Assembly: GCA_001430755.1 (NCBI GenBank)
Contig: CP013062.1
Coordinates: 540,001-572,000 of the forward strand
Length of the DNA: 32,000 nucleotides
From: Candidatus Peribacter riflensis
Lineage (GTDB): Bacteria > Patescibacteriota > Gracilibacteria > Peribacterales > Peribacteraceae
Direction: 5' to 3'
Part shown: positions 8,424 to 14,647 of the stretch, in pieces
How the letters are laid out: every line of letters begins with the position of its first letter
Position numbering within the stretch: position 1 is the first letter of the stretch
Program-made: the position numbers and the translations under genes
Notes under the pieces: model-generated
Told to the model about the DNA's origin: nothing
Database searches by the model: none
Seen by the model: the letters and a program-made list of their open reading frames with translations, nothing else

Positions 8424-8696
8424 ATGATTCGATATATTTGGATAATTTTTACGGTTATATTTTTCTTGTTTTCTCTTTATCACTTTTATCGTGCAACAAA
8501 GTCCTTTAATAGGGCTCCTAACGTTTCATCAGTAAAAACTATCAATGGCCTTCCTCTAGGAATACACGAGTTCATCGAAAGTTTTAACTCCTATATTGAT
8601 ACGTTGAATAAAGATAATAGAATAATAAATATTGTTACTGGTCTGGCTTATTTAAGTGCCTCTGCCACTTCCCTCTTCTCTTCTTTCTTAAGTTAA
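8424..8696 (+). CDS. two-TM membrane protein encoded in an AT-rich islet, unknown function
   Basis: 90 aa with an N-terminal TM (IWIIFTVIFFLFSLYHF) and a C-terminal hydrophobic segment (IVTGLAYLSASATSLFSSFL). The first 60 nt contain 14 G+C by hand count, far below the surrounding genes. Confidence 0.5.
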   Translation: MIRYIWIIFTVIFFLFSLYHFYRATKSFNRAPNVSSVKTINGLPLGIHEFIESFNSYIDTLNKDNRIINIVTGLAYLSASATSLFSSFLS

Positions 8697-8717
8697 TTAC
8701 AGCACCAATTCCCTCAT

Positions 8718-9575
8718 ATGCCTTCAGTACTCGGAGTTGATCTCGGCGGGACGAAGCTGGCCATCGCACGCTTTGAAACGCAATCATGGGCCATTCAGGG
8801 TGCGGAAACGGTGCCCACCGCAGGCAAATCTTTTCCGGTGATCGTGGAAGAGATGCTCGCGGGAATCACAAAATTCCGCACCGCGGATACGCAGGCAGTC
8901 GGCATCGGCGTACCGGGACTCGTCGACCGATCGGGACGCATCCACACCACTCCCAACATCCCCGGCGGAGACGGGTTCCCGCTCCTCGAAATGCTGAAGA
9001 AAGAATGGAAGCTCCCCATCACGATCGAGAACGATTCCTCCTGCTTCACACTGGCCGAGGCCCTGCAGGGCGCAGGGAGGGGGCACCGCGTGGTCGTCGG
9101 CATCACCATGGGAACGGGCGTCGGAGGAGGAATCGTGATCGACGGCAAAATTTTCTCCGGCGAACACGGCTTCGCCACTGAGTTCGGCCACATGCTGCTC
9201 AAGCCGGGAGCTCCTCCGTTCGATTCTGCAAACAAACGCGGAGAAATCGAGCAATTCCTCTCGGGAACAGCGCTCAGAAAACGCTGCCCGGCCGCCAAAC
9301 GTCCCGAGGAAACACTCACGGGACCGACCTGCGCGCATCTGCACGAGACCGTGGTGCGTGAGATCGTCTGGATGAGTTGCAGCCTCATTCACTGTATCGA
9401 TCCCGGCATCATCGTCTTCGGCGGCAGCGCGGGACGGGCACTGCGGCCGCACCTTCCGGCCATCGAGAAAGAACTGAAGAGCTGGCTGCTGCCGAAAAGC
9501 CCCATTCCACACCTCGCCATCGGGGCACTGGAGCATGCGGGAACACTGGGGGCGGCGTTATTAACACAGAAATAG
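8718..9575 (+). CDS. glk: ROK-family glucokinase
   Basis: VLGVDLGGTKLA, GIGVPGLVD, ENDSSCFTLAE and GITMGTGVGGGIV are ROK sugar-kinase motifs. There is no N-terminal HTH, so this is a kinase rather than a repressor. Confidence 0.8.
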   Translation: MPSVLGVDLGGTKLAIARFETQSWAIQGAETVPTAGKSFPVIVEEMLAGITKFRTADTQAVGIGVPGLVDRSGRIHTTPNIPGGDGFPLLEMLKKEWKLPITIENDSSCFTLAEALQGAGRGHRVVVGITMGTGVGGGIVIDGKIFSGEHGFATEFGHMLLKPGAPPFDSANKRGEIEQFLSGTALRKRCPAAKRPEETLTGPTCAHLHETVVREIVWMSCSLIHCIDPGIIVFGGSAGRALRPHLPAIEKELKSWLLPKSPIPHLAIGALEHAGTLGAALLTQK

Positions 9576-9637
9576 TGTCACCCTGAGCACTGTCGAAGGG
9601 TGACACGTGCCATGGTTCGACAGAGCTCACCATGACA
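9575..9637. repeat. two hairpin-repeat units (A: 9575-9606; B: 9608-9637, inverted) between convergent glk and tal
   Basis: Unit A is gtgtcaccc-tgagcactgtcgaa-gggtgacac. Unit B is tgccatgg-ttcgacagagctca-ccatgaca, carrying the same 14-nt loop in reverse complement. Confidence 0.75.
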
Positions 9638-9646
9638 CTTTCCTAT

Positions 9647-10288
9647 TCACTTCTTCACCTTCTCCCAGTCATCCATAAATTTCTTCAGGCCCGTATCCGT
9701 GAGCGGATGCAGGGGGAGCTCTTTGAAAACCGCATACGGGATCGTGGCGATGTGCGCGCCGAGGACTGCTGAACGCAGAATATGCTCCGGCTTTCTGGTG
9801 GAGGCCACCAATACTTCCGTCGGAAACTTATAGTGCTCCCAAGCTTTCATGATATCCGCGATGAGCAACATGCCATCACCGCCCGCATCATCGATGCGTC
9901 CGACAAAGGGGCTGATGATCGAAGCGCCTGCCTTGGCGGCGAGAACGGCTTGAGGGACGGAAAAGACCAATGTGCAATTCGTCTTGATCCCCTTCTCACT
10001 GCAGAATTTCAGCGCCTTGAGCCCCTCCACTGTCATGGGGACCTTCACGACGACATGCTTGTGCCACTTGCTGTATTCCACGGCCTGCTTCTTCATTCCT
10101 TCGGCATCGGTGGCCGTCACCTGCGCGCTGACGCATGGCACGAGCGCGCACATCGCTAGCACTGTCTCTTTAAAATCTTTGCCTTCTTTAGCAACGAGCG
10201 AAGGATTGGTGGTGACGCCGTCCAGCACACCCCACGAGGCAATCTCGGCGACCTGATCGACATTGGCTGTGTCCAAAAATAATTTCAT
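9647..10288 (-). CDS. tal: transaldolase / fructose-6-phosphate aldolase (short type 3B)
   Basis: 213 aa. MKLFLDTANVDQV...GVTTNPSL and the VKVPMT Schiff-base lysine context are typical of the ~215-aa Tal/FSA subfamily. Confidence 0.9.
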   Translation of the reverse strand: MKLFLDTANVDQVAEIASWGVLDGVTTNPSLVAKEGKDFKETVLAMCALVPCVSAQVTATDAEGMKKQAVEYSKWHKHVVVKVPMTVEGLKALKFCSEKGIKTNCTLVFSVPQAVLAAKAGASIISPFVGRIDDAGGDGMLLIADIMKAWEHYKFPTEVLVASTRKPEHILRSAVLGAHIATIPYAVFKELPLHPLTDTGLKKFMDDWEKVKK

Positions 10289-10455
10289 AAGAAAGGAAGA
10301 AAAGAGAAGCGGCTTGCCCTGAAGTCACCGAAGCGTAGCGGAGGTGTACTTCGGGGTATCAAGAAAAAACTTCATAGGCACAGTATGCCCATTGCCTGAG
10401 CGTTACACCAGGTTTTGGGTGAAATGGCTGGCAGGCGCATCCCCTCCTCTGCACA

Positions 10456-11253
10456 ATGCAAGTGATGAAACGGCTCCCATTGCTTCTGGCTCTTTGCCTC
10501 CTCACAGCCTGCACCGCAGAGCCGAAAGAGGCCTCGTCGATTTCTTCTGCATCCTCGGCATCGTCCCTCGACTCCGCTCGGGATGACACTGGGGTGTCAT
10601 CGGCATCTTCTCTTTCTTCTACATCCTCTATTTCTTCTCTTGCCTCTTCCTCCTCTGTTTCCTCCCCTAACCCTACCCCTACCCCTACCCCCTACACCCT
10701 ACGTCTCTCCGTCCCCTTCTCGCCCCAGGCCCCCTTTGCGCAATGGGATGCCCTGCATGAAGAGGCCTGCGAAGAGATGAGCCTGCTGCTCGTGCACCAC
10801 TTTCTCGACGGAACGGACCTAAGCCGTGAGCAGGCGGAAACGGAGCTCCTGGCTCTCATGCAATGGGAAGAGGAACACGGCTACCCACAAGATGTGACGG
10901 TTCAGGAGTTGGGAGAAATTGCGGAGAAGTATTTCGGCTACCAGTCCCGCATCATCGAGAACCCGATGGGAGAGGACTTAAAGCGGCTGCTCGCAGACGG
11001 GCACCCCGTCATCGTGCCCGCAGCGGGAAGGGACCTGAAGAATCCCTTCTTCTCGGGCGACGGTCCCTGGTACCACATGCTCGTGCTCACGGGGTATAAC
11101 GAATTCTTCTTCATCACGAACGACGTGGGGACGAAGCGCGGCGAAGGATACGTCTACCGTTTCGGCACCCTGATGAACGCCATCCACGATTGGACCGGTA
11201 TCAAAGAAAACATCCGGCAAGGGACACGAAGAGCACTGATCATCGAAAAATAA
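10456..11253 (+). CDS. lipoprotein with C39-like cysteine peptidase domain (Peptidase_C39_2-like)
   Basis: Lipobox LLTAC in the signal peptide, then a Ser-rich and PTPTPTP linker. This is followed by VPFSPQAPFAQWDALHEEACEEMSLLLV and GHPVIVP...WYHMLVLTGY. Cys and His occur in the contexts I remember for C39-like domains. Confidence 0.65.
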   Translation: MQVMKRLPLLLALCLLTACTAEPKEASSISSASSASSLDSARDDTGVSSASSLSSTSSISSLASSSSVSSPNPTPTPTPYTLRLSVPFSPQAPFAQWDALHEEACEEMSLLLVHHFLDGTDLSREQAETELLALMQWEEEHGYPQDVTVQELGEIAEKYFGYQSRIIENPMGEDLKRLLADGHPVIVPAAGRDLKNPFFSGDGPWYHMLVLTGYNEFFFITNDVGTKRGEGYVYRFGTLMNAIHDWTGIKENIRQGTRRALIIEK

Positions 11254-11264
11254 TCCGTGCCGAA

Positions 11265-11294
11265 GTGGTGGGTGACTCTGTCGGGCCCCACCAC
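11265..11294 (+). repeat. hairpin-repeat unit E (degenerate loop) 11 nt after the C39-like gene stop
   Basis: gtggtggg-tgactctgtcgggc-cccaccac. It has a perfect 8-bp stem of entirely different sequence. Its loop is related to tgagctctgtcgaa. Confidence 0.6.
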
Positions 11295-11361
11295 TGGAGG
11301 CACACCGCTCAAAGGGAAAGAGAGTACGCGAGAGAAAACCGCAGGTTTGCTTTCGCGCATA

Positions 11362-11493
11362 AACGACGTGGGAACGAAGCGCGGAGAAGACTACGTCTAC
11401 CGCTTCGCAACACTCCTCAATGCCATTCATGACTGGACAGGAGTCAAAGAGGAGATTCGTTCTGGAGCGCGACGCGTACTCATCGTGGAATAG
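11362..11493 (+). pseudogene. orphan second copy of the C39-like gene 3' end (last 43 codons)
   Basis: NDVGTKRGEDYVYRFATLLNAIHDWTGVKEEIRSGARRVLIVE aligns without gaps to NDVGTKRGEGYVYRFGTLMNAIHDWTGIKENIRQGTRRALIIE (11119-11250). The upstream part of track ORF 11257..11493 has no similarity to the parent gene. Confidence 0.6.
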
Positions 11494-11495
11494 GA

Positions 11496-11570
11496 TGTCA
11501 TGGTGAGCTCTGTCGAACCATGACATGCGCCGAATTGTCGCAGTTCGACAGTGCTCACTGTGACAATTCG
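11496..11570. repeat. two hairpin-repeat units (C: 11496-11525; D: 11531-11570, inverted)
   Basis: Unit C is tgtcatgg-tgagctctgtcgaa-ccatgaca, whose 27-nt core tgtcatggtgagctctgtcgaaccatg equals the reverse complement of 9611-9637 in unit B. Unit D is cgaattgtcgcag-ttcgacagtgctca-ctgtgacaattcg, a 13-bp stem with one G-T pair. Confidence 0.75.
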
Positions 11571-11588
11571 AATAAGGCTTTCCAAAAA

Positions 11589-11632
11589 ATTTGCGATTCG
11601 GAATCCAAATCGCAAATCTCTCAATCGCAAAT
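11589..11632. repeat. cluster of three AATCGCAAAT 10-mers (one inverted)
   Basis: atttgcgatt 11589-11598, aatcgcaaat 11608-11617, aatcgcaaat 11623-11632. The first two form an inverted repeat around cggaatcca. Confidence 0.6.
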
Positions 11633-11909
11633 TCCTTATCGTGCGATGAGCATCATCAGTGACAACAGAACAATCACCGAGATATTGATGCCCATAAATG
11701 GAACACCGGACGTTCTCTTCCTGATTGGATAACGCATAAGTGGAGAAAAATGAAAGATCGGGGGAAGCCTAGGGACGGGGGGTGAGGAGGGCAATCAACT
11801 GCCCTTGATCACCTACGGAAACAGCAGTGTGATTCTGAGCAAATTTTGTACCCGGCTTTACTCATCCGCCGTAGAAATCTACACTCCTGCTACCTCCTCT
11901 CCCGATCCT

Positions 11910-14258
11910 ATGCAAACAGGAAGACCTGATGTGCAATCACTCATTGGGAAGCCATCGAAAGATGTTCCGATGTCACTTCAGCGTGTCGCAAAAAGTATAC
12001 AGACCGGCGAGCGGATTTGGGTGGGTCCCCAGGAAAGCACGCCACTCACGACGGAGGAACAGAAGGCCTACGACCTCGCGAAGACCATCCTCTGTCACTT
12101 GGCTGTGCAAGCGCCGACCACGCACGCCTCGGGGCACCCCGGCGGCCCGCTCTCGGCCTTCACCTTCGCCTACCTGCTCTCGGCAGCACGAGACCCGCTC
12201 GTTGATCAGCCGCTCCGCATGAGTGCGGGGCATCTGTCGCTGCTCGCCTACGGCCTGCAGTGGCTCTTCGGCCGGGAGGGCAACGATGCACGCCTGGCCT
12301 CCCCGCAGACGATCATCGACACCTTTCGCACGGCTCAGGGGCTGCCCGGGCACATCGAAGCCGGCATCGGCGATATCCCCTTCGGAACAGGCCCGCTGGG
12401 CAAGGGCGTGAGCAATGCCCTTGGCGCCGCTTTCGGTCTTCACTATCTCCGCAACCTCTCCCCTAACCCTAATCCTAGTCCTATCGTGGATGTGCTGCTG
12501 GCGGATGGCGATGCGGAAGAGGGACAGGTGATGGAGGCATTCCGCCTCGCTTCGCGCCTGCAGGTCGATCACCTCATCGTCCACGGGGACTTCAACGACA
12601 TGCAGCTCTCGGGCCTGCCGTCCCAAACGGTCGCCGCGGATTTTGCGGGGATCGCCCACGCCGCAGGATGGCACGTGATCGAGGTGCAGAACGGCAATGA
12701 TCCCGAACAAGTGCATGCAGCCATCACCAAAGCAACGGCCCTCACGGGCAAGGGCCACCCCATCTTCGTCTGTTACTACACCACAATGGGACACGGCATC
12801 CCCTTCATGGAGGAAGGATCGAATACGGGCAAGAAGAACTACCACGGCTCTCCCTTAAGCAAAGAGGAGGCCACACAGGCACTCGCGCTGCTCCCGCATC
12901 TGGAAGAAACCGTGCGCGCCTACGAGCCTTTCCGCGCACGAGAGAAGAAACGCTGCGCTACGGGCAAATGTACTCTGACCGATTTGCCGCTGAAGTTCTC
13001 GGCGTCCTCGCTCAAAGGGTACAAGCGCACGATCACGGATCAGAAAGGCGCCGCCCGCAGGGATTTCGGAGCGACGCACATCAAGGCCCTCATGGCCGCG
13101 GATCCGCGCATCGTCGTGCTACACGCAGACCTCGCGGGATCGGGCGGATTTGATGAAGTGGCGAAGGAATTTCCCGACCGCGTGATCAATGTCGGGGTCG
13201 CCGAGGCGAACATGCTCATGATGGCCGCGGGCATGCGGCAGGTCGGCCTGTTTCCCGTCACCTACACGTTCGCCGCGTTCGGGACCAACGAGGCGCGGGC
13301 GAATGCGCGCCTGATCGACATCAACTGCGGCCACACGCGCTGCGGGATTCTGAATGACTGCACCCATGCGGGCCTGAGCGTGGGCGAGGATGGCGAAACC
13401 CATCAGGAACAGAACTATTTCAACCTTCCCTTCCGGCACACGCAGGTCTGGGCTCCGGCCGACTCGAACCAGGCCGCCGCGATGGCGGAAAAAGCGATGG
13501 AAATCATCGCCGAAGGGCATCAGTCCGTCTTCGTCTTCTCGCCGAGGACAGGGCACGCGCAGCTCACCGACAGCGCCGGCAAACTGATCTACGGAGCGGA
13601 CTACACGTTCGAAGGCAAAGCGGATCTCATCCGGGGATCGGATGATGTGCTGGATCAGGTGACGATCATCGCTACGGGCATCCCCGTACACCGGGCAGTG
13701 GAAGCGGCGGATCAATTGCTCGCACGCCCCGAAAAAGTGCGTGTGCGTGTGCTCAACGTGGGCAGTATCCGGCCGATCGATGCAGCGGCGGTACTGAAAG
13801 CTGCCCTCGAAACCGGACGGCTAATCGTGGCCGAAGATCACAACAGCGAAGGGGGTCTCGCCGCGCAGGTGGCGGACATCATTGCCGATTTCGCCCTCCC
13901 CTGCTCTCTCCGGCGCCTCGGCTTGAACCAGTACTTCCCGTCCGCCAAGGCGGAAGATTTGGAACTCATGGCGGGGTTGGATACCGAGAGCATCCTCAAT
14001 GCCGTCTTAGACGAAATTCATGCCGAAGTGCGCGGCGGCGAAGACGCCTTCGTAAGCTCTCTCTTCGAAATGGCGCACCATTTGCGCTTCAGCCGCTTTC
14101 GGGCAACGGCCCTCCCCTTTGTCGAGAAACTCCTCTCGGAGGAAGGCTACCTGGACTTGCTCCGTACGCACTTCGCCCGGCGCGCCTGCCCGGCGGGCAG
14201 ACTCCCGAAGAATGATCAGCTACTGGAACGGCTGCAGGAAGAAACGCAGGCTGTCTGA
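11910..14258 (+). CDS. tkt: transketolase, single-chain, with C-terminal extension (start uncertain: TTG 11805, ATG 11910 or ATG 11970)
   Basis: Thiamine-diphosphate motifs SGHPGGPLS and LLADGDAEEGQVMEA. Pyrimidine-binding region INVGVAEANMLMMAAG. C-terminal domain VRVLNVGSIRPID. About 80 further residues follow the last conserved block. Confidence 0.9.
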   Translation: MQTGRPDVQSLIGKPSKDVPMSLQRVAKSIQTGERIWVGPQESTPLTTEEQKAYDLAKTILCHLAVQAPTTHASGHPGGPLSAFTFAYLLSAARDPLVDQPLRMSAGHLSLLAYGLQWLFGREGNDARLASPQTIIDTFRTAQGLPGHIEAGIGDIPFGTGPLGKGVSNALGAAFGLHYLRNLSPNPNPSPIVDVLLADGDAEEGQVMEAFRLASRLQVDHLIVHGDFNDMQLSGLPSQTVAADFAGIAHAAGWHVIEVQNGNDPEQVHAAITKATALTGKGHPIFVCYYTTMGHGIPFMEEGSNTGKKNYHGSPLSKEEATQALALLPHLEETVRAYEPFRAREKKRCATGKCTLTDLPLKFSASSLKGYKRTITDQKGAARRDFGATHIKALMAADPRIVVLHADLAGSGGFDEVAKEFPDRVINVGVAEANMLMMAAGMRQVGLFPVTYTFAAFGTNEARANARLIDINCGHTRCGILNDCTHAGLSVGEDGETHQEQNYFNLPFRHTQVWAPADSNQAAAMAEKAMEIIAEGHQSVFVFSPRTGHAQLTDSAGKLIYGADYTFEGKADLIRGSDDVLDQVTIIATGIPVHRAVEAADQLLARPEKVRVRVLNVGSIRPIDAAAVLKAALETGRLIVAEDHNSEGGLAAQVADIIADFALPCSLRRLGLNQYFPSAKAEDLELMAGLDTESILNAVLDEIHAEVRGGEDAFVSSLFEMAHHLRFSRFRATALPFVEKLLSEEGYLDLLRTHFARRACPAGRLPKNDQLLERLQEETQAV

Positions 14259-14267
14259 CACCTTGGA

Positions 14268-14284
14268 ATGGCGGAAGCGGGAGG
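14268..14284. repeat. 17-nt direct repeat of the tRNA-Ser(UGA) 3' end (att-like)
   Basis: atggcggaagcgggagg at 14268-14284 is identical to 14387-14403. The latter comprises the 16 3'-terminal nt of the tRNA plus 1 flanking nt. Confidence 0.7.
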
Positions 14285-14387
14285 CCGTCTCCGTTCGGCT
14301 TCACTTTGTTCCGCCCGAACTTCGCCGTGCCTATCTGCATTTTCTGGCTCATAGCCAATCACGGCGTAGTCCGCAGACGAAGCCGGA

Positions 14388-14477
14388 TGGCGGAAGCGGG
14401 AGGATTCGAACCTCCGAGACCCTTGCGGGTCTACCTGTTTTCAAGACAGGCCCGATCGACCACTCTGGCACGCTTCC
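14388..14477 (-). tRNA. tRNA-Ser (anticodon UGA), CCA encoded
   Basis: Reverse complement GGAAGCG-TG-CCAGAGTGGTCGATCGGG-CCTGT-CT-TGA-AA-ACAGG-(long variable arm TAGACCCGCAAGGGTCTC)-GGAGG-TTCGAAT-CCTCC-CGCTTCC-G-CCA. Confidence 0.9.
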
Positions 14478-14592
14478 GTAACGGAATAGTACCAGAAAAG
14501 ACGCGATGCGCATGCCGTTACGCAGGACCATCGCAAAAGCTCCGCAACATGCAGCACACGTACAGATCTGCCATAAAAGTTCATCAGGATCA

Positions 14593-14622
14593 TGGACAGT
14601 TAGACACATGTTCTGCTATAAT
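14593..14622 (+). promoter_or_regulatory. promoter candidate for the first giant gene
   Basis: TGGACA (14593-14598), 18-nt spacer containing an extended -10 TGC, TATAAT (14617-14622), 25 nt upstream of the ATG at 14648. Confidence 0.45.
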
Positions 14623-14647
14623 GACCTGATACAAACACATACTCCTG

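Noticed and set aside
8209-8427. 72-aa ORF overlapping the end of the GIY-YIG gene
   Set aside because: It is out of frame with a recognisable domain and crosses the compositional boundary. It has no features of its own.
10664-12485. Telomere-like CCCTAA-containing strings shared by the C39-like gene (10664-10700) and tkt (12457-12485)
   Set aside because: They encode short Pro-rich linkers (SPNPTPTPTP / SPNPNPSP). A shared 13-mer is within chance expectation for a 32-kb window on both strands.
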